Shown here piece after piece: positions 1 through 17,189 of a DNA stretch of 64,000 bases. A program made the translations under genes and the position numbers. The stretch is from Azolla caroliniana (Eukaryota; Plantae; Polypodiophyta), in assembly GCA_043228905.1 (NCBI GenBank), contig JBHGNT010000010.1, positions 1,674,001 to 1,738,000 of the forward strand, in the 5' to 3' direction. Within the stretch, counting starts at the first letter, position 1, and each line of letters opens with the position of its first letter. The notes under the pieces were generated by a model. That model did no database searches. It was not told where the DNA came from and was given only the letters and a program-made list of their open reading frames with translations.

Positions 1-3000
1 ACCTATACATGATGATGCCCACAATAATCAATTGTCTAGATATCTTGTTAACCCTCATGACATGATAATTTCTAGGCTCATAAGCAAAGAAGTTGATAAT
101 TTTTCTAAAGCCACCATGTTGCCCCTCACTCATACAAAATCTATTGTTACCACGAGGTATTTTGATTAGTTTTGTAAAATTAAGGGTATTTGGATCATTT
201 TAGTAAGCGTACGGTAGTTTAATAAATGTCTAAGAACTTAGAGCCATTTTGACGTTTTCACAAATTTAGATATTGTTAAGAAACATTATAGTTCAATGTG
301 ATAAAAAAACATAACCAAATGAAGAAATTGTCAAAGGAATCAATTTAAAATGAGTGGATACGCTCCTAAGTGATATTGACTTCTTTCGACAAACTATTTG
401 GGAATCATAAGAGATCTTTAGAGATACAATTGCATATCCAAATCCAACTTTCTAGAAAAAAGCAACTACAAACTACAAGAAGGAATAGGAAACTATTTAC
501 AACTACAGAAAACCATGTCCTAGGATTGTGAATGTTTCAATTTGCACGTTAATCATATGACAATATTAGGAAATTTAAGGTGACATTTATCAAAGTTATG
601 TTAAATGCATGGAAACTAGTTCAATGTGAAATGAATCCACAGTGATCTAGCCGATGAATCAATTTGCTTTGTTTATTTTACTACAATGTATCTTCTTTTA
701 AATCAAGCCAACAAAAAAACTAACCAATTGGAAGGTCAAAATAGATGACTTAGATGGACATAAAAGTTAGTTTGATCAACGGGGGAACTTATTTATGGAA
801 CATACATGCAAAAACATTCAATTTTGTAGTAAAATACAATTTAGCACAAGAATACTATAATACGGAAGGTTTTCATTTGTCACATTCTACATTTCTCATG
901 AGAGGTGCCAATATGATCGATGCGAGTGTGTACAGTTTATCAAGCACTTTTATCTTTATTGAAGATAAGACCCCCATCAATCTACAATATATGAGGAAAA
1001 GGGCCATGCATGAATAGTAGCCCCCAAAGGTAGGATACTATACAATAATTTTGTGAGCGTCCTCGATGCTTGGAATGAATAGAATTAACATTAACATGGA
1101 TCCAACCATTATGCTATTTGCGAGGACATTCTTGACAATATCTTTTTGACTTTGGATCAATGGTAATATGTAAAAAAGACGAACACAAAATCTACAAATT
1201 CAAATTCGTACGTGACAAATTGTATGGTTTTGGTTACAACAGCTATGTGTGGACTTTGAGGAAAGGTTTGAGAAAATAATAATTCTAAGTCCATTCAAAT
1301 GTAGTACTTTATCTTCGCCTTCTTCTTTTCTTGATCCTCCACTATCATATGCATGTGTGAGTTTTCAAAAAAAATGTTATTAAAGTTATGCATATGCAAG
1401 TGCTTTTTTCATAGTGACATGTTGACCTATGGTGTGGATCAGGGAAAGGTCTACAATGGAATGTAGAAAAGAAAACACCAATGAACCATGTAGAGAGAGG
1501 TTCCACATTCTTCAACCTCCACAAAGGAGATACATACACTCAAACAATAAAACACAGAGCAAACACTTAACCACAATTTATTTTCACCCTAGTTAAAAAT
1601 GATGACTTGGGTTAATGTTGAAATTTATTTTGCAATGATGTGATTTAGATGGCTATGGAAGTTTCGCATTCCTAGAGACAGATTAGGCCAAAATATAGAG
1701 GAGAGATATGGACTATTTATCAGGCTTTAGTTATCATAGGCTCCATGGCATAAAGGAAGAGAATCCACACAAAGGAGTACAACGCATGTGAATACAAAGG
1801 CCATATGCCACTTCATGTTTTTATAAGCATGTGTGCATGTTCATTAAATAACCTAAGTTTAGTTTTATTCTTATTGGGTCATTGAAGAAGACATGCATAA
1901 CATCATCCCTAGAAACAAGATTATGATGTTAAAATGTCTACATCATTGAATGACTACAGTCGACAACATTATTGCACGTCCAAGATCTTGTTTGATGAAT
2001 TTTTATTGATTTGCCATCGGTGGACATTGGATGATGGGAACGTGCCATTCACATGTGAGAGCAACAACATAATATATTAGACTTGTGATGGCGAGGATTT
2101 TAAAGGTCCAATATTTTTGTTGAAGGGGGGTCAATTTGATCAAACTAATATTGCATTGTTTTTAGGATAATTAGTCTAATAATAGATTGAGCTCTCGATT
2201 GTAACTAAAAATCAATGTCTATCGATTTCAAAAGAGGGTTGTTTTCATAGGAGATATTGCAAACCATACATAAATGTACAATGCTCGCTAATGTAACACA
2301 ATTACTAATTACATCATTCTTAACTATGTGGACACTTGGTTGTGCATCCCTCCCTGTTGGAGTCTTTAGTTAAAACCTAGGTTGTTGAAAACTTAAGTAA
2401 ATCTCACCTCATTTGTTGGTCACTCCATGTTTCAAGGTATTGTTGATTCTCATGGTAAACCAAGTTTAATTCAACATTTTGTTCAAATTATAGACACATG
2501 GACTAAAATGTCTATGTGTGCCACCATTGGACACAAGAGAAAGTGTTCCGAGCTCTTTTACGACACTTGGAAAAAGAATACTTAAGCGAAAAAAGCAAGG
2601 GAGTGTACCACGGTGGTTGAAAAACCTAGAACTTTTTAGCTTGACATTGGGGCCTATCACCCACAAGCTAGTTAAGTTAGCATTGAACTTTTTTATTACC
2701 TTTATTTATTTGTTTGTTTGAACCTTAGGCAATAGAATCAATCCGGCAAAAGTAAATTATGCAAGCAAAAGAGTTTGGTCATACATCTTACAATTAACGC
2801 GTGTCACGTTGAGCCTCAGGGTCATGTATGGCTTGTGAAAGGCCATGGAAATATGTGAAGGAGATCGAGCGTACTTAGGAAGGAGGGGGTGGGTGAAAAT
2901 GTTTTTTTTCGGGTCGTGTGACACATTGGGAGGCTAGTCGCAAAAGAGCCTAAAAGGAAGTGCGCATGTATCGAGGGGGAAGGGGGGGGGTGCTGCAATG

Positions 3001-3380
3001 TGCATGGGACGACGAGGATATATATAAACACAAGAAGCTACCGGGGGTGTGTGTTGTGTGGTTTTCTGTGACAATGCGCAAAGGTGATGTCTGAGGGGAT
3101 GAGTGAGGCGCATGCATGCATGCATGGCGACAAAAAGACGAGGGAGCGTAGTGTAGGCATGGGGGGTTATATATATGGGCATGGGCAAGGTGTGTGCGCG
3201 TGGGACGACGAGAACCCGTGGAATGATGGGCAAATCATTGCAAGTTTGCATGGATGGGGTGGTGGGAAATGGGTGACCAATGCCCAACGCTCAATGTATG
3301 CATATATGCATGCATGCATGCATGCGACAGAGCCTTGGGTTTGAAGAAAAGCACAAAACACTTTTCGAAAAACAGAAAAG

Positions 3381-3458
3381 AAGAGAGAGGGAGAGAGAGA
3401 GAGAGAGAGAGAGCAAAAGTGCAATGATGAAGATAGGCAAGAAGGAAGGGGACACGTG

Positions 3459-3505
<47 letters not shown>
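3381..3505. repeat. (GA)n microsatellites within a simple-repeat-rich region upstream of the Sec14 gene
   Basis: Direct reading. Neighbouring (CATG)n, (ATGGC)n, (CATC)n, (TTG)n and (CT)n tracts lie between 3.1 and 4.85 kb. Confidence 0.9.
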
Positions 3506-3507
<2 letters not shown>

Positions 3508-5436
3508 ATGGGTGACAGGAGGCCGTTTCACACGCTCTAGGCCCCTGGCCCTGGCCCTGGCCTAGGGAGGAGAGTGGAGAGACCCAACGGCACCATGACC
3601 ACACACCCCCCCCCCCCCCACACTTACACTTACTTACACACACACACATCACAGAGCTATGGCGGCCACATCTACCAACGCCTGCACACACACATACATG
3701 TACCATACACGCCGACATCCCATTCAGTACCATACATCTGTCTCTGCACATTTTATTATATGCACCCATGGGCCATCATCACATAGCATAGCATAACATA
3801 GCATACATATACACATAGGATAGATAGCATATGCCATAGACGTGCATGCATGCATGCATGCATGTGCGCGCGCGCGTCTATGCTATATATCTATCTATCT
3901 ATCTATCTATGGGCCTGCCAAAAACAGTGCAAAAATTTGATTTAAATATATGTCATATATATCTATCTAATATATATAATATTATTATCATGAGCGTAAG
4001 TGTATGTACTTGGTTTTCTGTTTTGTTGTTGTTGTTGTTGTTGTTTTGTGTTCCTGGATTTAATTATCCCAAAAAAATCCATCAATCAAATTGATTTTTC
4101 TATTTAATTCTTGCCAAATTGCAATACTTTTGTTCCTTGTTTTTTTTGACACAGCCTTCCATGCTGATTCTTTTTTGGTTTTATTACTTTGATTTAATGT
4201 TTTGGTTTTGTTTTTTTTCACCTGGCCCATTCAAATCCCCTCCCCCCACCTCTCCACCTCTCTCTCCAAATTTATCAATCCATCCATCCATGTATGGCAT
4301 GGCATGGCATGGCATGACATCCATCCATCCATCCATCATATATGAATGGCATGGTATGGCATGGCATGGCATGGCATCCATCCATTCATTGCAGTAACAT
4401 CTAATAATGAATGGCATGAACAGAACAGAACAGAACACTCTCAATTTATGTATATCATATTTATATGCACATGTCTCCTTTTGTTTCCATATATAGTAAG
4501 ACAGAGAGTGGGGTAGAGGGCTCTCCAAAATTATGCTCAATCAATGCTCTCTTTCTCTCTCTCATCTTCCTTCTGATGATCATTGATAGTGTGCCTGTGT
4601 AAAAAATAAATAAAAGCATAGCCAGTAAGGAAAAATGTCATGGTTATAATTGGTAAAACGAATGAAATATGAAGGAAAAGGAAGGAATTAGGGCTGGGGT
4701 TGTTTTCCTTCTTCTTCTTCTTCTTCTGGCTATGGTTATGGTGTGTGTGGTCCAGCAATCAATCAATCCTACCCATCATTTATTTTAGCTGTTATAAACA
4801 CCCTTCCCCACTTTCTCTCTCTCTCTCTCTCTCTCTCTCCCTCCAAATACATATGAAATTTCATGAACAAAACGCAGAGAAGGCTCTTCTTTTCAATTTT
4901 ATCCTCTGTTCTTGTTTGTTTGCTCTGTTTTCATACATATCCTCTCTGTTGCTCTCTCTCCCTAATCTTGCAGTTCCCCCCTTCATTCACCCTTTTCTTA
5001 TATCAGCCTATGCTTGTCTAGCTCCTTTCTGCTGGGTTAATTTAATTGAATATACTGCATGTAGATAGCTCTAACATCCTGATGAGAATTGCATACAGCC
5101 TTTCTAATTACACTGTATATTTCTTCCATATACAATGCCACTCGGAAGCAGTATGGTAAACCTAATATTACTCTAGGATTACTTTACAATTATGACATAA
5201 GTGTCTCTTTGATCTCCCCTGCCAATACAATACATACACACATGCATAACTCACTATTATAATAGTGTCAGAAATACATAGATCAGCCTCTGGCGATAAC
5301 TTATACCCAAAATCATCAACAGTTCAGCGATCATCAACACATATTCCATGCTAATACATCCAATTCTTCCCAATATTATTAGCAGCAGTAATATTGCTAT
5401 TATTAGTAGAAGAATAAATACTCTGGTATAATAGCT

Positions 5437-8400
5437 ATGGTGAGGTCTTTCATATTATTAGGGAGCAGCAGGAGGAGTTCCACAAGCTGTGTGAGCACAG
5501 AGCAGCTTGTGAATGAGAAGGTGAAAGAAGTGTTGCAAGTCGTAAGAAGGAAAGGACCGCCTCTCACAGCTAAACAAGTGAGGAAAAAAAAAGGATGAAG
5601 AAAACCCTAATAAATTAATATAAGTAATTATAAGCATAATATCAGATTCATTCATGGACTGGGATAATTGGACTTAAATCATCTCTAATTATTTCTCCAT
5701 ACATTATATGCAACTTATGTGTACATGTCTCAATGTGGTATAACTTAAATTGCCGCAGCAGCAGTTCTTGATGTGAAGCATTCTTTCAATTTGAGTTTTG
5801 CAATCTTGGAATTATATCGACGAATTCTGAAATGGATTTATATGTTTCTTGTGATTTAGGTTGAGTTTTGCAATGAGGCTTGCATTGTGAGGTTCTTGAA
5901 AGCCAAAGGAAGCCATGTGAAGAGAGCTGCAAAGCAGCTCAGAGCAACTCTTACATGGAGAGCTATGCTTGATGTTGGTACTAAAGTCTAATCTTCTCCC
6001 AAAAGCAAATTAGTATATACATTCTTTTATATAAGCCACAATCTATCATAATGGATTATCTTCCAACTGTTTTGTACTGAGTATTGTATCGTGTTTGTTA
6101 TATGCTATAGATTACCTTACAGCTGATGAATTCTCAGCAGAGCTAGCCTCTGGAAATGCATTTGTAGCAGGACAAGATGAAGAAGGAAGACCTGTTGTGG
6201 TAATAATTCTATACATATATATAGTTTTTTGTTCAGTGTAATTTACAAAATGGATTATTGTAACTACATCTAATCCTCTCTTTAACTAGTCCTTGATCAT
6301 TTATATAATGCCATTGTGCTCGTTCTTTTAGCATTTCTATCATAAACCACACACACTTATAATGAGTTAATTCTGAGCTTTAATGGCGGTTATATTTAAA
6401 CAGATTGTGAAGCTCAAACCTGAAAGCCTTTCAAGCCACGAAGCTCAAAAACAGTGAGTCACTCATGACTTAGTAATCTGGGAGAGCACAAAACCCTAAA
6501 CTTTAAGTCATGAATGAGTCCCTTCATCATAAGTAATGGGTTCTCGATTCAGAATCAATAAGTATGTGTTGTAATGCTATTCTTTAATCAGTAGTTCCTA
6601 ATGTTATGGGTCCATTTAATGTTCCTCAGGTTTCTTCGATACTTTGCCTTCACCATGGAGGTGGCCATGTCCTGCTCCACAACACAACCTGAGTGTATAC
6701 TCATTCTTGATGCATGTAAGCACTTACTGCATAGACAAAATAATGGTGTGAATTATATATAGCTCATGACCTAAAACATTTCCTTACTCTTGCATCTCTT
6801 TTCCTACTGACCATTCCTTTCTTTCTTAATTAATGAACAATCTTATGCTGATTTGTACATTAATGAATCCTGTGATCTTGTTCTAATGTTTTTGCTTTTG
6901 TTGTTTGTAAAAAAAGCTTATCTGAAGAGAGGTTCTTCTCCATCCCTATCAGCTGTGGCCCAGCTCTTGAAAGTGATTGGTGAGCATTACCCTGAGAGGT
7001 TAGCAAGGGCCTTCATTGTGGATGCCCCATCAATGTTCCATCTCTTTTGGAAGGTAAAATTCTATCTTTGTCCATGAAAACAGAATGTTAGCAATGCCCT
7101 AAACAATAATATCTCATGACTTTTTGCTTCCTATAACACTACCATCACACAATCAGAACCCTTTTTTTGTGTGCTATACACAATGATTCCCATTCTAGAA
7201 TGACCTAACATTAGAGATGGGATGACCGTGTCTCGACTTATCATGACTTGAGTGATGATCATGTCTTCATGTTATCTTGGGTTGATAGATAGAAGTCTTG
7301 GGTCTTCATGTCTTGGGTTGATAGAGAGAAGTCTTGGGTCTTCACGTCTTGGGTTGATAGAGAGAAGTCTTGGGTCTTCATGTCTTGGGTTGATAGATAG
7401 AAATCTTGGGCCTTCATGTCTTGGGTTGATAGAGAGAAGTATTGGGTTGATGGATAGAAATCTTGGGCCATCTCTTGTCTTTGAATGAGGCAAAATGTGG
7501 GCTCTTCCCCACATGGGCAAACATTGTGCACAAATGAGGGGAAACTAGTGGGCTCCTTCCCCCATGACCAGGCTATGGGAAAATGTCACCACATCACATT
7601 GGGAAAATGTTAGTGGGTATGGAAAGTGGGCTCTTTCACAAATGGTGAAATGCCTTGGATATTGAAGGAAAGTGGGCTCTAAATCACCACATCGGGGAAC
7701 TTGTGTTTATATGAATCGAGGGAAAGTAGGCTAATGTGTTAATGGATATGGAGGGAGAATGAGCTCTTTCCCCCCATGGGGAAGCAACTTGTGATGAAAA
7801 AGGGGTCATTTTGCCACTTTGGGAAACATTGGAAAAGTGGTGGAAATAATGTATGTGAATATTGAGGGAACAGAGGAATGTCCATGGAGTTGCCATATTA
7901 CGAGGAACATAAATTTCCATGGATTTATCTTTGTGTCTCTAACCACATTGACCTTTTTCTTTTGTAGGGAATGGGTAAATTTCTCGATTTGAAGATGCGG
8001 GAGAAGTTAAGGTTTGTTTATTCAAGACACTACATCAACACAACATCAACTATTTCTAGTAGTAGTAGTGTGGCCTCAGCAGCCGCAAACCATCTCATGC
8101 GAGCAGTGAGGTCCTATTCAAATAGATCATTATGGGCCGAATCACACCACTCATACCCTCACATCGTAAGTGATGAAGAAGATGATGAAGGATCCGAACT
8201 CGAAGACGTTATTAATATCATCAAACATAAGGAAAAGCTTGATGCGAAAGCTCGACGACAATCCACACTCTCTACTACAAGTGCCTCTCTTCTTTGTGAT
8301 AAAGGCCATACAAGGTCCCTCTCATTTGCATCCATGAATGTATTGTCAAGGAAAGGAGCTTTAGAAACTCTAGAGTTCCGGAGCTTTCGAGCCGACACAC

Positions 8401-8729
8401 AACCAAAGCAAAGAGTAATGATCAACGAAGAAGGAAGTAGTAGAAGATGGACAGGAGATCTCATAGATCATTATGATTCTAGTGCTTGTATCCGTAACCA
8501 AGATCACCTCAACAATACGAAGAAGAGCCTTGAGCTATTTAGGCCATATTATAATGCCTTCCTACTTCGACCTTATAATGAAGCTTCGTATAGAGCCTAT
8601 ATGAAACCACCCTTAGCTGGACTCATCTCCATCCTCTCTTCTGATCTCAAGGTTAGGCAACCAAGCTTCTCACTATCACACATGAACCCAAGTTGCACCA
8701 TGGAGGCCATGCTTATGAACCACCTTTGA
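5437..8729 (+). CDS. Sec14-like CRAL-TRIO lipid-binding/transfer protein, 7 exons (5437-5577, 5860-5977, 6111-6199, 6404-6453, 6630-6715, 6917-7053, 7968-8729)
   Basis: GT-AG introns join in frame to give ...[33 protein letters not shown]...[23 protein letters not shown]...FTMEVAM...LILDA...[25 protein letters not shown]..., which are CRAL-TRIO N-terminal and core motifs. The start ATG at 5437 is less certain than the internal exons. Confidence 0.88.
7261..7470. repeat. 36-bp minisatellite, about 5-6 units, in intron 6 of the Sec14 gene
   Basis: The unit TCTTCATGTCTTGGGTTGATAGA(G/T)AGAAGTCTTGGG is repeated head to tail. The ORF track shows matching 12-aa periodicity ([12 protein letters not shown]). 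Confidence 0.9.
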
Positions 8730-10475
8730 CATTGTTTCCATAAGGTCCATTGATTTTTGGGACTCTTCATATATAGCTCTATAGATAGGTGTATGGAAGG
8801 CTATCATCGTGAATCACCTCTAACTTTGGTTGATAGGTATAGTGTAACTAACTACATAGCTAGGTGTAGATGTACACATTGCACACACAGACACACTCAC
8901 TCACAAACTAACCCACGTTTTTCATCAAAAAATGTGTACACACTATACCTAGCTAACCCATGGTGGTGGTTGGTGTTCATCTTAACGTGTTCCTCTCAAA
9001 CACAACTCTTATATTATATCATATGATCGCGAGATTCAATGGCCGAGGTGGGACATTTTCAATGTTATAATATGAGTATGGTTATCTACATGAGATCAAA
9101 TGGTCCCTTCATTCCATAGATTCTCCTTACCACATCTTCAGTTACTCCAAGTTTGTATGTTGGAAAAAAAGATTTATAGGTTATTTTCACTCCACATAGG
9201 TATGTACTAACCTTAATAGTGTTGTTATCTCTCTCGGTTATCATACCTCTTACCAGTGATGCTTAATTAACAGTATATCTAGTGTATCCTTGATTGTGTT
9301 TTTAATATACCAACCACCAATGCTTACATCAACAATATATTTGAGTGTATCATTGTTTTCATTTTAATCTCAATTATCATACATCAATTCCCAATGCTTA
9401 CATTAACAATACATATTTCGTATCATTGTTTGCATAGTTAATTGTCTCATATTTCTATGTGATTATATTAAATATATATTTTTTGAGTTTTGGAGTAACA
9501 TGGACAAGGATTGGTTGAAGGTTTGAAGAGTAAAAAGCTCCTATAAAATTTCCAACCTTACATGTGATTGAATCTCTTGAAGGAAAAAGATTGAAAGGAA
9601 ACATAATATGGCCACCACATTGTGTTCCAACATCATCTTAAACTACAATTGGGGTGAGTGAGCCAAGGATTCACTTTTCCTTGATGGTTGGTTTCTCTTT
9701 CCTTTCTATAGATTGGCAATGCCACAATCATTGGTGTCTTTTGGAACTTTCAAATTGAATTCTCAATATTCTATGATGTTATTCATCACTTGGCCAAAGA
9801 GGACTTTTCCATGGCCAACACTTAAGAAAAGAAAATTGAGGATATCCTAAGATTGAAATAGACATCTACGTTCATGAGGGTGAATATACCTACTACCAAC
9901 ATTGATTATAAAAGGCATTCAATAATGAAACTTGCATGAGTTTTCAAGCAAGAAACTTGCAACTGAATTTTATCTAAATCGAACATACTTGTGTAATACT
10001 CTCGAAGTGAAAATTGCATGAGTTTGCAAGAGAGAAACTTGTGTCATGAATGTTCATCTAGAGCTAACATGATACCAATTATATTGATAAAAAATAAAGC
10101 ATTCGTTAAATGTTATTGATCTCTATAAGTGAGAGTTGCGTGATTTCAAGAATGTGCAAGTGGAACCAATGCTGACCGGAAAGCACGAAGAGGCCTCGAT
10201 TTTAAAAATAAAAATGGGGAACCAAATACGACAAATAAAAATGAGCCTCAGATATGTCTCTAGAAGGATGGCGTTACATGCACCCAACCCAACGTTACAT
10301 TCGTTGCAATTAATCAAGTTACGTTGCAACAAACACGATGCTTTTTTCCGGTGCACCACATATGCAATCACCACAAGCATGCTTTTTCTAGGTCTAGCAC
10401 TAGCAAAGTGGGCCACCACAAGGGAGAGTGTGTGTGAGGAAACCGGAGGGCGATATGATTGATTTCTTTTGTCCG

Positions 10476-10930
10476 TAAAATCAAGCAATATATGTATATT
10501 ACGATGATGTGTCAGATAAGGTGGACCAATGCCGCACACCTCTGTTACTCTCTTTGGGAGGCATCCGCCCTATATAAATTGTACATACATACATACATAT
10601 ACATTTGTATACATACAAACATACAAACACAATACATATACATTTGCATACATACAAACACAATACATATACATTTGCATACATACAAACATACAAACAC
10701 AATACATATACATTTGCATAAAATCAAGCAATATATGTATATTACGATGATGTGTCAGATAAGGTGGACCAATGCCGCACACCTCTGTTACTCTCTTTGG
10801 GAGGCATCCGCCCTATATAAATTGTACATACATACATACATATACATTTGTATACATACAAACATACAAACACAATACATATACATTTGCATACATACAA
10901 ACACAATACATATACATTTGCATACATACA
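10476..10930. repeat. 243-bp tandem duplication (unique ~105 bp plus compound TACA-type microsatellite) upstream of RabH1
   Basis: TAAAATCAAGCAATATATG...GCCCTATATAAATTGTACATAC starts at both 10476 and 10719, and the copies look identical by eye. Confidence 0.92.
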
Positions 10931-11299
10931 TACATATAGATTTGCATACATACAAAATACATATTACATACTGATACAAACATACGAACACAATAAATAT
11001 ACATTTGCATACATACATACATACATACATACATACATACATACAAAATCCAAAGGTCTCTCTCTCTCAATTCAAAATTTGCGACGCCTCAGAACTTACA
11101 AGAAGGAAAACTCCGACAAAATAATAGTAATAATTATTAATAAACAAAGAAAAACATAAAACTAAATTATATTTTCCATCGCTTGTGCAGAGCTCTCTGC
11201 AGCGATGGTGACGGGGCCAGGCCCAGGGCTCTGGCTCTGGCTATGGCTCTCGCTCTTTCTTTCTCTCTTCCTTCTTATCGTCCTTCCCTGTTTAACTAA

Positions 11300-14563
<3,264 letters not shown>

Positions 14564-17189
14564 ATATATGTGAAATTGTATACTGATATAGCCACCACAC
14601 ATGCCCTTATCGAGGCCATTTCAATACATGTCTTTTTGGGGGCTACTTCAACATATAGCGTGGAAACTTCACAAAACAGTTAAATAATATGCATGTGCAA
14701 ATATTCCAGATTGAGAATTGAGATGATTGTAAATCCAAATTGTGCTCTTATTTATTTTAAGAAATATTTATTCGCATAAATTGTTATATTGTTTATATGT
14801 ATGTGTTGAGAGGTTTTCTTGTATTCTTAAGCCCAAGGTGTATATACCCATTAGCAAATGATATTAAAATTATATTCTTTGATTTGTAAGGTCAATGAAA
14901 TTTTCCTTAATCTGAAATTGATTACCAAAGGAGAGTATTACATTTAGCAAGTGGTTTGTGCCATTGTGAATTCCTCACCTCAAACATAACTTTTACAACT
15001 TTAAGTACGTAATATATTTCGCTGTGATTTGAAGTTGGAAGTCTTAGTGTTCATCTTGTTATCATAACATGCTTTGATATAGGTCTTTATCGCAATAATG
15101 GCAGACAATCGCAAGTGATCATCGTCCAAAATGACATTGAGAATGCTATGATTGTTTATTAGAGTGCTAAGGATGCCACGATATTGTTTTCAATCCCCTC
15201 TTATCCAAAATAGATATATAAAACCATATTCTTTGAACAAGTTTATTGATGTTCATGATTTCAAAACGAAAAACAGGATTTCTTTTTTAATAACAAATGA
15301 TCTCTTGGCAATTTTGAGGCTTGACCTTGCAACTGTAGTTAGTGAACCTCTAATTATGAATTATGTTAGATTGAATTGGTGGGAGAACATATGCAAATGT
15401 ATCATTGAAACTTGGTAATGTTGTTTTACAATTAACCATATATAAATAAATTAGAATATGCTTGTTGTAGCAAACAACTCCAATTCCAATCTAATATACT
15501 TCTTGTAAGATTTTTATCACCATATAAGAGAGTTTCTTATGTTACATGCAAATAAAGGCAATGTTTTTGTGTTGAGAGACAATGTCTTGCTTTTCTATTT
15601 ATTTATTGATATAGATGTGTTTTGTCCAACATTTTATCTTCCTCATGTCAACACTTTATTTAAGATCCTTGTGAACCTAAGGCCAAGGGGATAGATCAAA
15701 CATATTTTTTGTGGATAATAAGTAACTTAAGTGACATACAATCATATGTATATTAAGAAAAAAATCTTTACATACAAATGGTTTGGCATAGGCATGGTGC
15801 CACAATCCTTTTCGGATACTCTTTGGTCCAAGATTTTGAGCCTTACCTATTGCTTTGTCCTCTTGCAACAAACCATTTAGAGCCACAGTACATTCAAAAT
15901 ACGAAAAACTCCAATTCCACAAAAAACACCTTTCATTTGGAGGCACCTTGCTCTCATAGGAGTTACCTATATTTCGCAACACCTTAAATGATTTAACTTG
16001 CCATGAGAACCTCACCATTGTGATTTCATCTCCATTCTTGTGGTAATGTTTGAAAAGCTATGCATTTAGACCTTTTCTCAATCTATTTGCAATAACTATT
16101 GCGAAATATATCCAATAGATTCAATGTCTTTCCAATTCTCTAAAAGTAATGAAGATAACCAAATTTTAAAAAATTGAGAATTCAATCAAATTGTGTTAGA
16201 TTTTCTCATGACAATACTCAAAAATCTAGAAACTAACATTTGCTCTTGAGACCTTCATAGCACTACACGAAACTTTTTTATTTGACCTCATGAACATGGT
16301 TGGGTAGTATAAATGAACAAAGGGTGACTTGTCAGCGTAAAACAAACAAAGTCGAGAGGACGGAGTAAACAAGATACATCCTTGCATGCCCAAAATGTTG
16401 GGTTATCCAATGACTCCCTTGATGATAATCTGACTTCAAAATCTCAATGCATTAGTTTATAGCTACCAAAGGAGCTCTCTTCCTCCATTATCAGTTGTCA
16501 AGAGCTCTCTCATTAAAACAGACAATTCCGTTCGTAGCACGCCTCGTCACTTGACCCTAGAGAACGCTCAACTATAGCAAAATCTGCACCATTTTGTTCA
16601 TTTTTGTTGTGTACCTCATTCTTGGAACTTTTGTAAGTTGGAGATCACCATCCCCTCATCGAGCCATGTGCCCATTTGCAGTTTGTTTCGAGGTCAAGAG
16701 GAAGAGGGGCAGGTTGGAGAGCGGACCACGGAAGAAGCCTGAGCTACTGCTACTTTTGACCACAAACAAGGTACAAGAAAGAAGAAGAGCAGCTACTTTT
16801 TGACCCATGGAAATGTGAGCATGGCCTCGGGTTGCCGGAAACAGATTGGTTCCACCCGGGGCATTTCATTTCACGAGAGAGCTCTTCATCTCTAGGGGCA
16901 AATAATCTATCTATCTATCTATATTTTGGGGGGGTGAGAAGTAGTATAGTAGTAGTAGTAGTTTGTATCTTCATGAGCTTGTGTACAAGTATGTATGTAT
17001 GTATGTATGTATGTATGTATGCATGTATGTAGGTATGTATACAGTATAATGAGTGTATTTTGAGCAGTTAGATCTTTAGATCTTAAAGAAGAAAGAAGCA
17101 GTAGAACGTGGAGGAGAAGAAGAAGAAGAAGAAGAAGAAGAAGAAGCAGGGCAGGGCAGGAGGAGCAAGAAATCTGAATCTCGATCTCG

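Noticed and set aside
1-2750. Possible degenerate transposon sequence (also 9.5-10.4, 15.0-16.3 and 45.2-48.4 kb)
   Set aside because: AT-rich with short ORFs only. I could not identify a diagnostic motif, terminal repeat or TSD.
7261-7470. CRISPR-like array (36-bp repeats)
   Set aside because: The units are head to tail with no unique spacers, in a eukaryotic intron, with no cas genes.
16470-16512. miR319*-like GGAGCTCTCTTCCTCCA
   Set aside because: There is no downstream TTGGACTGAAGGGAGCT partner.
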